Positions 10,729-22,600 of a stretch of 60,475 bases of DNA are shown here, in pieces. The translations under genes were made by a program, and so were the position numbers. Numbering within the stretch: the stretch's first letter is position 1; every line of letters starts with the position of its first letter. The notes under the pieces are model-generated. The model was given only the letters and a program-made list of their open reading frames with translations. It searched no databases and was not told the origin of the DNA. The DNA is from Gemmatimonadaceae bacterium (GTDB lineage: Bacteria; Gemmatimonadota; Gemmatimonadetes; Gemmatimonadales; Gemmatimonadaceae), in NCBI GenBank assembly GCA_040901985.1, contig JBBDYC010000001.1, positions 1 through 60,475 on the forward strand, given 5' to 3'.

Positions 10729-12174
10729 ATGGGAATCCAGCCAGTGCGCACCTCGCGCGTGCGCCCAACCGCTCGCCGCTTCGGCGTGGGGCTATTGGCC
10801 CTCGCGCTCTTGCTCCCCCCGCTCGAGGCGCAACGTACCGAGCGGTCGCAGGCACGGTCGCTGCGCGACGGCACGATCCACGTCCGGACCCTGTCCAACG
10901 GCCTTGAGGTCGTGGTGGTGGAGAGCGCGGCCATCCCCTTCGCCACGGTCGAGATGGCGTTCCGGGCCGGCGCCTTCACGCAGATCACGCAGGGACTGCA
11001 CGGCCTCCCCCACCTGCTCGAGCATATGCTCTTCCAGCAGTCGGAGCGGGCCTTTGCGGGGAGCGTGATGTCGCGGATGAACGAGATTGAGGCGTCGTAT
11101 AACGCCTCGACCGGCGACGAGACCGTCACCTACTATTTCATCATCCCGTCGAAACACGTCGAGAAGTCAATCACGGTGATGTCGGACCTCGTGCGCCGGG
11201 CGACCTTCACGGCGCGCGACCTTGCCGACGAGCAGCGCATCGTTCGCGGCGAGCTCGAGCGCCGCGCCGCGGAACCCGAGCTTCTGCTCCGGACGGTGGC
11301 CGATCGCCAGCTTTGGACCGACGCGGGGTGGGCACGCAAGAATCCCGGCGGGAATCTCCTCTCGATGAACGACGCCTCGGTGCAGCGGCTGCAGGAGCTG
11401 CACCGGAAGTACTATGTGCCGAACAACGCGGCGCTGATCGTGACCGGTGACGTGCGCCCCGACGACGTCTTCGGATACGCCGAGCGGACCTTCGGCAACT
11501 GGCGTCGGGGAGACGACCCCCTGGCTGACCTCCCGCCGTTGGAGATCCCGCCGCTCACCGTGACATCGCGGGAGCTCGTGACGGCGCCGGTGCGCGACGT
11601 CACGGTGCTCGTCCGCTGGCACGGGCCGAGTGTGGGCATGGAGCGCACGGCCACCTATGCCGCCGACGTCTTTGCCGGGGTGGTCAACCAGCCGCTCTCC
11701 GGCACGCAGCGTCGGCTCGTCGAGACTGGGCATTTCGAACTCGTCTCGTTCAACTATCTCACCAATCGGTTCGTCGGGCCAATCGAGCTGTACGCCAAGA
11801 CCACGCCGGAACGCGCGGTCGCAGCGGTCCAGGCGCTCGGTACGGAGCTCCGTCGCCTGGTGGACCCGGAGTACTTCGGGGACGAGGAGGTGGTGGTCGC
11901 CAAGAAGCGCCAGCGGGTCTTCCAGGAGATGACCGCCGAGAGCGCCACCGGAGTGGCGCATACGCTGGCGGGCTTCTGGGGCGCGGCCGACATGGACTAC
12001 TATCTTGCCTATCAGGACTCGCTCGAGGCGCGCACGACGGCCGAGCTCCGGCAGTTCGTCAGCACCTACCTCGCCGGCAAGCATATGAGCGTCACGGTGA
12101 TGCTCTCCGGCGCCACCCAGCAGGACATCGGCGTCCGGCTGCGCACCGCCCTCAACGGCTGGAGGGTGCCATGA
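10729..12174 (+). CDS. M16 (pitrilysin) zinc peptidase, catalytic subunit
   Basis: TLSNGLEV, inverted Zn motif HLLEH, YYVPNNA.L..GD; AGGAG RBS upstream of ATG 10729. Confidence 0.9.
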   Translation: MGIQPVRTSRVRPTARRFGVGLLALALLLPPLEAQRTERSQARSLRDGTIHVRTLSNGLEVVVVESAAIPFATVEMAFRAGAFTQITQGLHGLPHLLEHMLFQQSERAFAGSVMSRMNEIEASYNASTGDETVTYYFIIPSKHVEKSITVMSDLVRRATFTARDLADEQRIVRGELERRAAEPELLLRTVADRQLWTDAGWARKNPGGNLLSMNDASVQRLQELHRKYYVPNNAALIVTGDVRPDDVFGYAERTFGNWRRGDDPLADLPPLEIPPLTVTSRELVTAPVRDVTVLVRWHGPSVGMERTATYAADVFAGVVNQPLSGTQRRLVETGHFELVSFNYLTNRFVGPIELYAKTTPERAVAAVQALGTELRRLVDPEYFGDEEVVVAKKRQRVFQEMTAESATGVAHTLAGFWGAADMDYYLAYQDSLEARTTAELRQFVSTYLAGKHMSVTVMLSGATQQDIGVRLRTALNGWRVP

Positions 12175-13481
12175 AGGTCCGCCCTTGGATCGTCGCGCTC
12201 TTCCTCGCGACGCCGCTCGCCGTGCCCAGCGCCCAGGAGCTGGTGGACTCGATTACGGTGGCTTACGAGATGGACGGCCTGCAGGTCCTCCATCATCGCA
12301 AGGACTCGCGTCTCTTTGCCGTCCACCTCTACCTCCTCGGAGGTTCCCGCCAGGTCACGGAGGCGACCGCGGGGGTCGAGCCGCTCATCCTGTTGAGTTC
12401 GGACTATGGCACGGCCGACTATCCCGGCGATGCGGCCCGCCGTGTCCGTGCGCAGCTCGGAAGCTCGCTCTGGTACGAGGCCAACCGGGACTGGACGCTC
12501 TTTGCGGCGAGCGGACTTCGCGAGGATTTTGATTCCACGTGGGCCCTCTTCACGAGCCGCCTGCTGCGTCCGACGCTCGATACCGCTGCGATTGCGCCGG
12601 CACGCCTGCGACTCCTTTCGGCCGCGCGGCGGCAGGGGGGGTCGCCGGAAGCGCAGGCCTTCGCGCTGGCGGAGAGTCTCGCCTTCGCCGGCCACCCGTA
12701 TGCGGTGAACCCCGCCGGCAACGCGACGTCGCTCGCGGCGCTCACGCCCGAGCAGATGCGGAGCTATGCCCGCGAGCAGTTCGTGAAGTCGCGTATGCTC
12801 CTCGTCGTGGTGGGCGACGTTCCGCGCGAGCACGTGGACTCGCTCATCACGCGCAGCCTGGGCACCCTGCCGCGGGGTTCGTACACTTGGTCGCTGCCCG
12901 CGCCGATTTCGCCTAGCGGCGCCGCGGTCGTCGGCGCCTACCGCCGCAGCACGACGACCTACGTCTATGGCTATATGCACGGACCGCTCGTCTCGAGTCC
13001 GGACTACCCCGCCTTCCAGTACGCGATGGGGATCCTCAGCGGCCTGGTCAGCTCGAGGATCCGCGAGCAGCAGGGCCTCTCGTACGCGGCCGGTGTCGGG
13101 CTCGTCGAACGCGGCGTCACGGGTGCGGTCTTCAATGTGAGTACCACGCGACCCGACTCGGTCATCAAGCTCTTCAATCGCCTGCTGGGTGACTACGAGG
13201 ACCAGTTGCGCATCCCCACGCACCTGCTCAAGGAATCGGCGGACGGATTTCGGGCCAACTATCTATTCGGGATGGAGGGCTCGTCATCGCACGCCGAGAT
13301 GCTCGCGCGCGCCCAGCTCTACGACGGGGACTACCGGGCGGCGGCGCGACGCGCCGAGGTGATGAAGCAGGTACGGTCGCCCGACCTTCGGCGGATGGTC
13401 CGCACGTACGGGAAGAACATCCAGTACGCGTTCGTCGGCGACACGTCGCGAATTCCGGAGGCGGAGATCAAGAAGCGGTAG
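12171..13481 (+). CDS. M16 peptidase non-catalytic partner subunit
   Basis: Signal peptide, GHPY, LVVVGDV, IREQQGLSY; lacks HxxEH; ATGA overlap with upstream M16 gene. Confidence 0.85.
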   Translation: MKVRPWIVALFLATPLAVPSAQELVDSITVAYEMDGLQVLHHRKDSRLFAVHLYLLGGSRQVTEATAGVEPLILLSSDYGTADYPGDAARRVRAQLGSSLWYEANRDWTLFAASGLREDFDSTWALFTSRLLRPTLDTAAIAPARLRLLSAARRQGGSPEAQAFALAESLAFAGHPYAVNPAGNATSLAALTPEQMRSYAREQFVKSRMLLVVVGDVPREHVDSLITRSLGTLPRGSYTWSLPAPISPSGAAVVGAYRRSTTTYVYGYMHGPLVSSPDYPAFQYAMGILSGLVSSRIREQQGLSYAAGVGLVERGVTGAVFNVSTTRPDSVIKLFNRLLGDYEDQLRIPTHLLKESADGFRANYLFGMEGSSSHAEMLARAQLYDGDYRAAARRAEVMKQVRSPDLRRMVRTYGKNIQYAFVGDTSRIPEAEIKKR

Positions 13482-13490
13482 CGCGTCCGA

Positions 13491-13718
13491 TTACGGCGTG
13501 CGCTCGCCGTCGGTGCGCGCCGCCAACCGCTCGGTCTCCCGGTCGAGGATCTCGCGAAGTGCCTCGATGAGCGGATGACCGACGGTGACCCCGCGGCCGT
13601 ACCCGAGGTTGAAGCGGTGGTCGAATCCGGGCGGATTGGCGCCCTGGGTGTGCAAGAGGATCGTCTCGAGCTTGTCGAGCGCCTTGGCGAGCCGCGCTTC
13701 CGGCGTCGCCGCCGCCTC
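13491..13718 (-). pseudogene. C-terminal remnant of HD-domain (HD_3-like) phosphohydrolase
   Basis: EAAATPEARLAKALDKLET.L.H.QG.NP..FD..FNL.YG resembles HD_3 C-termini; no HD-bearing N-terminus before the copper promoter. Confidence 0.55.
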
Positions 13719-13771
13719 CGAGATCGGACGGGTGCATGCGCGGACGCTATCCGGTCCCCGGCTTTCACGCC

Positions 13772-13800
13772 TTGACATAGGGGGGAGGGGTATATAGACT
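13772..13800 (+). promoter_or_regulatory. Sigma70 promoter with embedded CsoR-type operator
   Basis: TTGACA-17bp-TAGACT; ATAGGGGGGAGGGGTAT (13777-13793) G-tract flanked by ATA/TAT. Confidence 0.75.
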
Positions 13801-13835
13801 GTGTGGTGACATCCCAGCGGGTCGAGGAGGTTCAC

Positions 13836-14231
13836 GTGACAGGTTCGGAGATTGGCGTCGTGGCGGCGGCATTGACGGCCATCGCCTTGGTGAACTGGTA
13901 CTTCTTCGTCGCCGGACGTAGCGGGGCGTCGGCGGCGGTGGCCACGGCGTCGGCCGCTGCGGGCGCAATCCCGGAGATCGTCATCACCGTGGATGGCGGG
14001 TACAGCCCGAACACGGTCCGCGTGCCGGTGGGCCGCCCGGTACGGCTGGTCTTCGATCGCCGGGACGACTCGAGCTGTTCGGAGGAGGTCGTCATCCCCG
14101 ACTTCAACGTGCGCCGGTATCTGCCGACTGGCGAACGGACGGCGATCGAGATCACGCCGACGACGGCCGGCACGTATCCCTTCACCTGCGGGATGAGCAT
14201 GCTCCGCGGTTCGGTGGTCGTGGATGACTGA
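13836..14231 (+). CDS. Membrane-anchored cupredoxin-domain protein (CupA-like)
   Basis: N-terminal [37 protein letters not shown] before GTG. Confidence 0.85.
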   Translation: MTGSEIGVVAAALTAIALVNWYFFVAGRSGASAAVATASAAAGAIPEIVITVDGGYSPNTVRVPVGRPVRLVFDRRDDSSCSEEVVIPDFNVRRYLPTGERTAIEITPTTAGTYPFTCGMSMLRGSVVVDD

Positions 14232-16497
14232 TACCACGACCACGACGCGCATCCCGGTCACGGGGATGACCTGCGCCGCCTGCCAGTCGCGCGTGCAGCG
14301 CGCGCTCCAGGCGCAGCCGGGCGTCACTGACGCGACGGTCAACCTGATGATGGGGAACGCCGCGGTGAGCTACGATCCGGCGGTGGTGACGCCTTCGGCG
14401 CTCGTGGCGGCCATCCGCGACACCGGCTACGGTGCCGAGTTGCCGGCGACCACGGAGGACGCGTTCAAGGAACAGGAGACGCGTGACCGCGAGACCGCCG
14501 AGGAGTTTCGCGTCCTCAAGAGCCAGGCAATCGTCAGTGGGGTCATCGGCGCGATCGCGATGGCGCTTTCGATGCCGCTGATGCGCGATACCGGTATGCC
14601 TGGGCACTCCACGTACCCGGCGCCGCTCATCGTCTGGACGCTCTTCGCGCTGACCCTCGGGGTGATGGTGACCGCGGGTCGCCACTTCTACACCCGTGCC
14701 TGGGCCGCCTTCCGCCACCACTCGGCCGATATGAACACGCTCATCGCCGTGGGCACTGGCGCAGCGTTCGTCTACTCGGTGATCGCCACGCTGGTGCCGG
14801 AGTTCTTCCGCAGTCGCGGCGTGCCGGCGGACGTGTACTACGAGACGGTCATCATCATCATCGCGCTGATCCTGACCGGGAATGCCTTCGAGGCGCGCGC
14901 CAAGCGGAACACCTCGGTGGCGCTGCGCGCGCTGGTGAAGCTCCAGCCCAAGACGGCGCGCGTGTTGCGCGGCGCGCCGGCCACCGAGGTGGACATCCCG
15001 ATTGAGCAGCTTGCTCCGAGCGACATCGTCGTCGTGCGGCCGGGCGAGCGCGTGCCGGTGGACGGTATCGTCACTCGCGGAGAGAGCGCGGTGGACGAGA
15101 GCATGCTCACGGGGGAATCCCTGCCGGTCGCGAAGCAACCGGGGGACCGCGTCATCGGCGGGACGGTCAACCGCACCGGCGCCTTCCGCCTCCGCGCCAC
15201 CGCGCTCGGCGCCGATTCCGTCCTTGCGCAGATCGTCCGGCTGATGCGCGACGCGCAGGGCTCGCGCGCCCCGATCCAGCGGATGGCCGACCGGATCTCG
15301 GGGATCTTTGTGCCGGTGGTGATCTCCATCGCCATCGCGACCCTCGCGGCCTGGTTCGTGCTCGCCGAGGCCGCTCCGGCCGTGCGGGGCTTCGCGGCGG
15401 CGGTGACGGTGCTCATCATCGCCTGTCCCTGCGCGATGGGGCTCGCCGTGCCGACCGCCGTGATGGTGTCCACCGGAAAGGGCGCCGAACTTGGCGTCCT
15501 TATCAAGGGGGGAGAGGCGCTGCAGCGCGCGGGGGACGTGGACACCATCGTCCTCGACAAGACGGGCACGGTGACCGAGGGTCGGCCGACCGTGACGGAT
15601 TTGGTGCGCGTGGGCGACACGAGCGATGACGCGCTGATCCGGCTTGTCGCCTCAGTCGAGCGCAGTTCGGAGCATCCGCTCGCCGAGGCGATCGTCCAGT
15701 ACGCTGCGGCGCGCAAGATCGCACTCGCCGACGTCGAGCGGTTCGCGTCGGTGACCGGTCGCGGCGCGACCGGCGTAGTGGATGGCACGCCGGTGGCGGT
15801 CGGCAACGCCGAGTTGATGGCGGACCAGGGGATTGACGTCGCGCCGCTCGCCGCGCCGGCCGCGCGGCTCGCCGGGGAAGGGAAGACGCCGATGTACGTC
15901 GCGGCGGGAGGAGCGCTCGCCGGACTGATCGCGGTCGCCGACCCGATCCGGGCGACCTCGCGCGCGGCGATTGCGCGGTTTCACGCGATGGGACTCGAGG
16001 TCGTGATGCTGACCGGCGACGCCCGGCGGACGGCGGAGGCGATTGCGCGCGAGGCGGGAATCCACCGCATCGTCGCCGGCGTCCTGCCGGCGGGCAAGGT
16101 GGACGAGATCAAGCGCCTGCAGGCAGCCGGCCGGGTCGTCGCGATGGTCGGCGACGGGGTCAACGATGCGCCGGCGCTGGCGCAGGCGGACATCGGCCTG
16201 GCGGTGGGGACGGGCACCGACATCGCGGCCGAGGCCGCCGACGTGGTGCTGATGCGCGGCGACCTCGGGAGCGCGGCGCAGGCGATTCTCCTCTCGCGGC
16301 GCACGATGCGCACGATGAAGCAGAATCTCTTCTGGGCGTTCGCCTACAACGTGGTCGGAATCCCGGTCGCGGCGGGGGTGCTCTACCCGGCGTTCGGGCT
16401 GCTGTTGAGTCCGATCGTCGCTGGCGGGGCGATGGCGTTCAGTTCGGTGAGCGTGGTGGCCAACTCGCTGCGTCTGCGGCGGGCGCGGATCGCCTGA
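14224..16497 (+). CDS. copA: Cu(I)-translocating P1B-type ATPase
   Basis: GMTCAAC metal-binding domain, [27 protein letters not shown] and MAFSS TM ligands. Confidence 0.95.
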   Translation: MTDTTTTTRIPVTGMTCAACQSRVQRALQAQPGVTDATVNLMMGNAAVSYDPAVVTPSALVAAIRDTGYGAELPATTEDAFKEQETRDRETAEEFRVLKSQAIVSGVIGAIAMALSMPLMRDTGMPGHSTYPAPLIVWTLFALTLGVMVTAGRHFYTRAWAAFRHHSADMNTLIAVGTGAAFVYSVIATLVPEFFRSRGVPADVYYETVIIIIALILTGNAFEARAKRNTSVALRALVKLQPKTARVLRGAPATEVDIPIEQLAPSDIVVVRPGERVPVDGIVTRGESAVDESMLTGESLPVAKQPGDRVIGGTVNRTGAFRLRATALGADSVLAQIVRLMRDAQGSRAPIQRMADRISGIFVPVVISIAIATLAAWFVLAEAAPAVRGFAAAVTVLIIACPCAMGLAVPTAVMVSTGKGAELGVLIKGGEALQRAGDVDTIVLDKTGTVTEGRPTVTDLVRVGDTSDDALIRLVASVERSSEHPLAEAIVQYAAARKIALADVERFASVTGRGATGVVDGTPVAVGNAELMADQGIDVAPLAAPAARLAGEGKTPMYVAAGGALAGLIAVADPIRATSRAAIARFHAMGLEVVMLTGDARRTAEAIAREAGIHRIVAGVLPAGKVDEIKRLQAAGRVVAMVGDGVNDAPALAQADIGLAVGTGTDIAAEAADVVLMRGDLGSAAQAILLSRRTMRTMKQNLFWAFAYNVVGIPVAAGVLYPAFGLLLSPIVAGGAMAFSSVSVVANSLRLRRARIA

Positions 16498-16594
16498 GGA
16501 GAACGCCTGCAAGGGTGTGGGGCGTTGGTGGATTGCGCCCCTAGGCGCGGGTACCTAACGTAGGACGAGCACAGGTGTGTTGCGGAGGTATGCG

Positions 16595-16930
16595 ATGCGG
16601 GGATTGCTCAGGACGACGATCGGCATGGTGGCGGTCCTTGGCGTCGCTTCGGTGACGCTCGCCGCGGCCTGGTCGTCGTGCAGCCCCGAAATGCCGGCCG
16701 TGACCGCGACCACCGAGCATCCGGAGTGCACGGATCACGGAGTGCCGCGCCCGTCCCAGGGCGACGACCACGACTGCCTGATGTTCGCCCATTGCGCGAG
16801 CTCGCCGGTTGTCACGTCAAGTGTCCTGGCCGTCGCCTTTGCGCCGGCGTCCGAGCGGCCGATGGCGACAAACGACGCGGTGCCCGCGGCAACGGTCGCC
16901 GCACCCGACCTCCCGCCTCCTCGAGCCTGA
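16595..16930 (+). CDS. Small secreted His/Cys-rich protein with C-terminal polyproline (DUF2946/CutF/CruR-like)
   Basis: GGAGG RBS, signal-like N-terminus, HDCLMFAHC, ends PDLPPPRA. Confidence 0.6.
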   Translation: MRGLLRTTIGMVAVLGVASVTLAAAWSSCSPEMPAVTATTEHPECTDHGVPRPSQGDDHDCLMFAHCASSPVVTSSVLAVAFAPASERPMATNDAVPAATVAAPDLPPPRA

Positions 16931-17030
16931 CCTCGGCCCGCCACCTCACGTCGTGAGGTGGCCGCGCGCTGCGTGCGCGCCCGCGACCGCCGTCCCGGCG
17001 CGTCGTCATCCGGCACCGAGGATCCGTACT

Positions 17031-18389
17031 ATGAGGTCATTCGCGTTGGGACTGTCGTCCCGCATCGCCGCGGCATCACTGCTGCTACTTGGGGGAGCGC
17101 CGCATCTCGCTCCCCGGAGCGCCGTGGCGCAGATCGGCGCGCCCGTGTCGTCGAGCGTCGCGCGCGAGACGCCGCTCACGCTCGGCGACATCTATGCGAC
17201 GGTGGAGCGACGGAGCCCACGCCTTCGTGCCGCCGTGGCGCTCGCGCTCGCGTCTGAGACGCGGATAGCCGGGGCGAGGCGTCCACCGGATCCGACGGTA
17301 CAGGTCGGATGGATGAACTACATGCTGCCCGAGTTCGGGGCCGACCCCGCACTCGGGATGCGACAGGTGCAGGTGATGCAGATGGTGCCGCTGCCGGGCA
17401 AGCTCTCGGCCGCCGGTGACGCGGCGGCGGCGCGCGCCGCTGTCGCTGATGCACGGGTGGCGGAGGTCCGGTGGGACCTGCGCGCCGCGGCCGCGACGAC
17501 GTTCTACGCGCGTTCAGCGGCGTTGCAACAGGTCGCGATCGCCAGCGAGACGCGCCGCCTCCTGGAGGATGTCGCCGACATCGCCGCGGCGATGTACCGG
17601 GTCGGCGATGGGCGCCAAGCCGACGTTCTGCGCTCTCGGGTGGAGATCGCGCGGATGGACGAGGAGATCGTACTGATGACGGTCATGGGTGAGAGCGCAC
17701 TGGCCCGGTTGGCGGCGCTCGTGGACCTTCCGCCCGACTCGGTTGCCGCGCCGCCGATGCGACCGACCTTCCCCGATGCGCTGCCGACGCGGGAGGAGAT
17801 GGAGGAGCTGGCGCTGGCATCGCGACCGATGCTCGCCGCTGGCGTGGCCGAGGCCCAAGCGGCCTCGGCCGAGGTGCGATTTGCCTCGCGGGAACGCTGG
17901 CCGGACTTCCAGGTGGGCGTGCAGTACGGAGAGCGGTCGACGGCGATGGGCACCGACCGGATGGGCAGCGTGATGGTTGGCGCGTCGGTGCCGATCTGGG
18001 CGCGCGCCCGACAGGTCGGCCTGCGCCGGGAAGCGATCGCGATGTCCGCGATGGCCGAGGCGGACCTGGCGGAGATGCGCGCCGCCACGCGCGGTCGCGT
18101 TGGCGAGGTCCACGCGGAACTCGTCAGCAGCCGTCGGCTCGCGGTGTTGTATCGAGCAACGATCCTGCCGCAAGCCGAGGCGGCGGCCGAGGCGGCGCTG
18201 TCGTCGTTTCGCACCGGGGCCGTGGACCTCCTGACCGTCATCGAGAACCGCTTGACCATAAACCGTTACCGGATGGAGCTCGTCGCGCTCGACGCCGCCG
18301 AGGGGCGCGCGTGGGCGGAGCTCGAGATGCTCGCCGGTCAACCACTGCTCGCCGCGGCAGCCGTTGGCCGGCGCGAGAGGAGCCGCTGA
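17031..18389 (+). CDS. TolC-family outer membrane factor of heavy-metal efflux system
   Basis: PDP..QVG..N, Q.VP.PGK, Y.VG.G.Q.DVLR, SVPIW; precedes RND adaptor. Confidence 0.85.
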   Translation: MRSFALGLSSRIAAASLLLLGGAPHLAPRSAVAQIGAPVSSSVARETPLTLGDIYATVERRSPRLRAAVALALASETRIAGARRPPDPTVQVGWMNYMLPEFGADPALGMRQVQVMQMVPLPGKLSAAGDAAAARAAVADARVAEVRWDLRAAAATTFYARSAALQQVAIASETRRLLEDVADIAAAMYRVGDGRQADVLRSRVEIARMDEEIVLMTVMGESALARLAALVDLPPDSVAAPPMRPTFPDALPTREEMEELALASRPMLAAGVAEAQAASAEVRFASRERWPDFQVGVQYGERSTAMGTDRMGSVMVGASVPIWARARQVGLRREAIAMSAMAEADLAEMRAATRGRVGEVHAELVSSRRLAVLYRATILPQAEAAAEAALSSFRTGAVDLLTVIENRLTINRYRMELVALDAAEGRAWAELEMLAGQPLLAAAAVGRRERSR

Positions 18390-18390
18390 C

Positions 18391-19638
18391 ATGCTGAACG
18401 GTCCCAGGACGGAATCACCGCGCCGGGTCTGGAGCGTGGTGGCGTTCGTGGCGGTGATCGCGGGAGCCGCGGGCGTCGCCTGGTGGGCGACGCACGACCG
18501 CAGTACCGTGGAGCGCGAGGCCGAAGGCGGGCACGATCACGCTGCGATGCCGGTGGGCGTTGGCGGCACCGACGCTCGCGTCGTGCTCACCGCCGAACAG
18601 GCCCGACGCATTGGCGTGACCTTCGCGACGGTGACGATGGGCATGCAGGCCCTCGACATCCATACGGTCGGCCAGCTGGTGGTTGACGAAACGCGCGTCA
18701 CGATTGTCGCGACCAAGGTGGACGGCTGGGTCGAGCGCCTGCACGCGGACTACACCGGGCAGCTCGTTCGTGCGGGCGCACCGCTCCTGGAGTTGTACGC
18801 GCCGATGGTCGTCACCGCGCAGGAGGAGCTCCTGCTGGCCGGGCGGCTCGTGCGCGACGTAGCCGATGGGGACTCCGTCACCCGGGCCGACGCGGCGGAC
18901 CTGGTCGCGTCGGCCCGGCGGCGGCTGGCCTGGTGGGACGTGCCGGAGGAGGAGATTGCCCGTGTCGAGCGGACCGGGGAGGCGACGCGCACCGTCACGT
19001 TGCGCGTGCCGTCGTCCGGGATCGTGCTCGAGAAGCACGTCGAGGCGGGCCAACGAATCATCGCCGGCGAGGCGCTGTACCGGGTGGCCGATCTCGGGAC
19101 GCTGTGGGTGGAGGGCGAGATCTACGAGCAGGACCTGCGATCGGTACGTGTCGGGCAGGTCGCGATCGCGACCTTCGACGCGTTCCCGGGGGAGCGCTGG
19201 ACGGGGCGCGTGGCATTTGTCCATCCGACGCTCTCGACGGACACGCGCACGGCGCGGGTCCGTGTTGTCCTGCAGAACCCGGGGTTGCGCCTGAAGCCCG
19301 GGATGTATGCCTCCCTGCAGCTGGCCGGCGCGGCCCGGCCGACCGTGCTCACCGTGCCGCGGTCGGCGGTGCTCGCGACGGGCGAGCGCGCGATTGTCTT
19401 TGTACGGTTGCCGGCCGGCCGGCTCGAGCCGCGTCCGGTCACCGTCGGCGGCATCGGCGACGGGCGCGTGGAGATTGTCGCGGGACTGGCGGTGGGCGAC
19501 GTCGTGGTCGCCTCCGCCACCTTCCTCATTGACGCGGAATCCAACCTCGGCACGGCGCTCGGTGGAATGGGCGAGATGCCGGGGATGGAAATCACGATCC
19601 CGCCGGCTGACGCGCCGCCCGCGCGGACGCCGAGGTGA
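18391..19638 (+). CDS. cusB: RND periplasmic adaptor subunit (CusB-like)
   Basis: DGWVE.L..DYTG..V..G.PL.ELYAP, LKPGMYA, FLIDAESN. Confidence 0.8.
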   Translation: MLNGPRTESPRRVWSVVAFVAVIAGAAGVAWWATHDRSTVEREAEGGHDHAAMPVGVGGTDARVVLTAEQARRIGVTFATVTMGMQALDIHTVGQLVVDETRVTIVATKVDGWVERLHADYTGQLVRAGAPLLELYAPMVVTAQEELLLAGRLVRDVADGDSVTRADAADLVASARRRLAWWDVPEEEIARVERTGEATRTVTLRVPSSGIVLEKHVEAGQRIIAGEALYRVADLGTLWVEGEIYEQDLRSVRVGQVAIATFDAFPGERWTGRVAFVHPTLSTDTRTARVRVVLQNPGLRLKPGMYASLQLAGAARPTVLTVPRSAVLATGERAIVFVRLPAGRLEPRPVTVGGIGDGRVEIVAGLAVGDVVVASATFLIDAESNLGTALGGMGEMPGMEITIPPADAPPARTPR

Positions 19639-19642
19639 CCCG

Positions 19643-22600
19643 ATGCTGAGAAACCTCATCAGAGGGTCCGTCCAGAACCCGGTCCTCGTTCTCCTGGGTG
19701 CGGCGGCACTCACGGTCGGCGGCGTGTGGGCGGCGAGCACGATACCGCTCGAGGCGCTGCCCGACCTCTCGGACGTGCAGGTGATCGTGCAGACCGACTA
19801 TGGCGAGCAGGCGCCGCGTATCGTCGAGGACCAGGTCACCTATCCAATCGCGGCCGAGATGCTCAAGGTGCCGGGGGCGCGCACGGTGCGTGGCTACTCG
19901 TTCTTCGGGGTCTCGTTTGTCTACGTGATCTTCGACGACGGTACGGATCTGTACTGGGCGCGGAGCCGGGTCCTCGAGTATCTCAACGGCCTCGCCAGCC
20001 GACTTCCAACCGGCGTGGCACCGACGCTCGGTCCGGATGCGACCGGCCTCGGCTGGGTGTACCAGTACGCGCTGGAGGACACCACCGGTCGGCTCGACCT
20101 GGCCGAGTTGCGCGCGGTGCAGGATTGGTTTCTCCGCTATGCGCTGACGGCGGTCCCGGGGGTGGCCGAGGTGGCGAGCGTCGGGGGATTCGAGAAGCAG
20201 TATCAGGTGGATCTCGATCCGACGCGGATGCGGGCCTACGGCGTCTCGGTGGCGCAGGTGATGCGCGCCGTGCAGGACGCCAACGCCGACGTGGGTGCGA
20301 TGGTGATGGAGCTGTCGGAGCGCGAGTACATGGTCCGCGGGCTCGGCTACCTGCGCGGCGTGAGCGACATTGAGAACGTCGTCGTCGGGGCGACCGCGCG
20401 CGGCGTCCCGGTGAGCGTCCGGGAGCTCGGGCGCGTCAGCGTCGGACCGGCGGTGCGTCGGGGCATCACCGATCTCGACGGCCGCGGCGATGCCGTGGGC
20501 GGCATCGTGGTGATGCGGTCCGGCGAGAATGCGCTGGCGACCATCGCGCGGGTCAAGGAGAAGATCGCGGCGGTGCAGGGCGGACTCCCGCCCGGCGTGG
20601 TGGTGCACACGGTGTATGACCGGAGCGGGTTGATCGAACGCGCAGTGGCGACGCTTCGCAACACGCTGGTCGAGGAGTTCCTGATCGTTGCGCTCGTCTG
20701 CTTCGCCTTCCTGCTGCACGCACGGTCGGCGCTGGTGGCGGTGATCACGCTGCCGGTGAGCATCCTCGTCGCCTTCATTGGACTCCGGGCGCTGGACATC
20801 GGGGCCGATATCATGTCGCTCGGCGGGATCGCCATTGCGATCGGGGTGATGATTGATGCGGCGATCGTGATGGTCGAGAACCTGCATAAGCACCTCGAGC
20901 GGCGGATTCCCGCGGGAGAGGAGTTCCTCGACACGCGCACGCTCACCGCGGCCGACCACCGCAGCGTGGTGATTGCCGCGGCGACGGAGGTCGGTCCGTC
21001 GCTCTTCTACTCCCTGCTGATCATCACGGTCTCGTTCATCCCCGTCTTCACGCTGGAGGGACAGGAAGGGCGCCTCTTCACGCCGCTGGCGCTGACGAAG
21101 ACGCTCGCGATGGCGGCGGCCAGTGTGCTGAGCGTCGTGCTGGTTCCCGTCCTGATGGAGTTCTTCGTGCGTGGCAAGATCCGCCGCGAGACGTGGAACC
21201 CGCTCAACGCCGGCCTGATCCGGCTCTACCGGCCGCTGCTCGAGTGGGCACAGCGGCGTCGGTGGTCGGTCATCGGTGCCGCGGCAGTGGCGCTGATCCT
21301 GACCTGGATTCCCTTCCAGCGCATCGGCAGTGAGTTCATGCCGCCGCTCCAGGAAGGGACGATCCTCTTCATGCCGACCACGCTCCCGGGGATCAGCGTG
21401 GCGCGGGCGCGCGAGCTGCTTCGCCAGCAGGACATGATCCTGCTCTCGTTCCCGGAGGTCGAGCGGGTGTGGGGGAAGGCCGGGCGCGCCAACACCGCCA
21501 CCGATCCCGCCGGTCTCGACATGGCCGAGACGACGATCACGCTCCGGCCGGAGTCCGAGTGGCGGCCGGGGATGACGTATGACCGACTGATCGCGGCAAT
21601 GGACTCGGCGGTGCGTCTGCCGGGCGTGAGCAACGCTTGGACGATGCCAATCAAGGGACGCATTGACATGCTGGCAACGGGAATCCGGACGCCGATCGGC
21701 CTCAAGTTGTTTGGGCCCGACCTCACGGTGCTCGAAGCGCTCGGGAAGGAGGTCGAAGGGCACCTGACGATGGTCCCCGGCACGCGCAGCGCGTTCGCCG
21801 AGCGCGCGCAGTCGGGCTACTATCTCGACATCGAGATTGACCGCGCGGCGGCGGCGCGCCACGGACTCAACGTCGGCGATATCCAGACGGTCATTGCCAC
21901 CGCCATCGGCGGAATGACAATCACGCAGACGGTGGAGGGGCGCGAGCGGTACGGGGTCCGGCTAAGGTATCCGCAGGAGTTGCGGGACACGCCCGAGAAG
22001 CTGGCCGCGGTGCTCGTGCCGATCAGTCACCGCATCGGGACGGCCGAGGGACCGCCCACCGGTATGGCGCAAGTTCCGCTCGGGCAGGTCGCGACGATCA
22101 CCCAGGTGGCCGGCCCGATGGTGATCCGCACCGAGGACGCGCAGCCGAGTGCCTGGATCTTCATTGACCCCGGCGAGCGCGACATCGGCGGCTATGTCGC
22201 CGACGCCAAGCAGATGATCGCCGAGAACGTGACGCTGCCGCCGGGCTACACGCTCGCGTGGAGTGGGCAGTACGAGTATATGGAGCGTGCGCGCGAGCAG
22301 ATGCGCCTCGTCGTGCCAGCGACGCTGGCGCTGGTATTCCTGCTGCTCTTCCTGAACTTCCGGAATGTCCACGAGAGCCTGATCGTGATGCTCTCGCTTC
22401 CGTTCACGCTGGTCGGTGGGATCTGGTTCCTCTGGGCCCTCGACTACGACTGGTCCGTCGCAGTGACCATCGGATTCCTCGCGCTCGCCGGCGTCGCGGC
22501 GGAGACGGGGGTGCTGATGTTGATTTACCTCGACCACGCGTGGAGCGCCCGCCGTGCGGCGAACCCCGACGCCGACGCCGTGGCGCTGCACGATGCGGTG

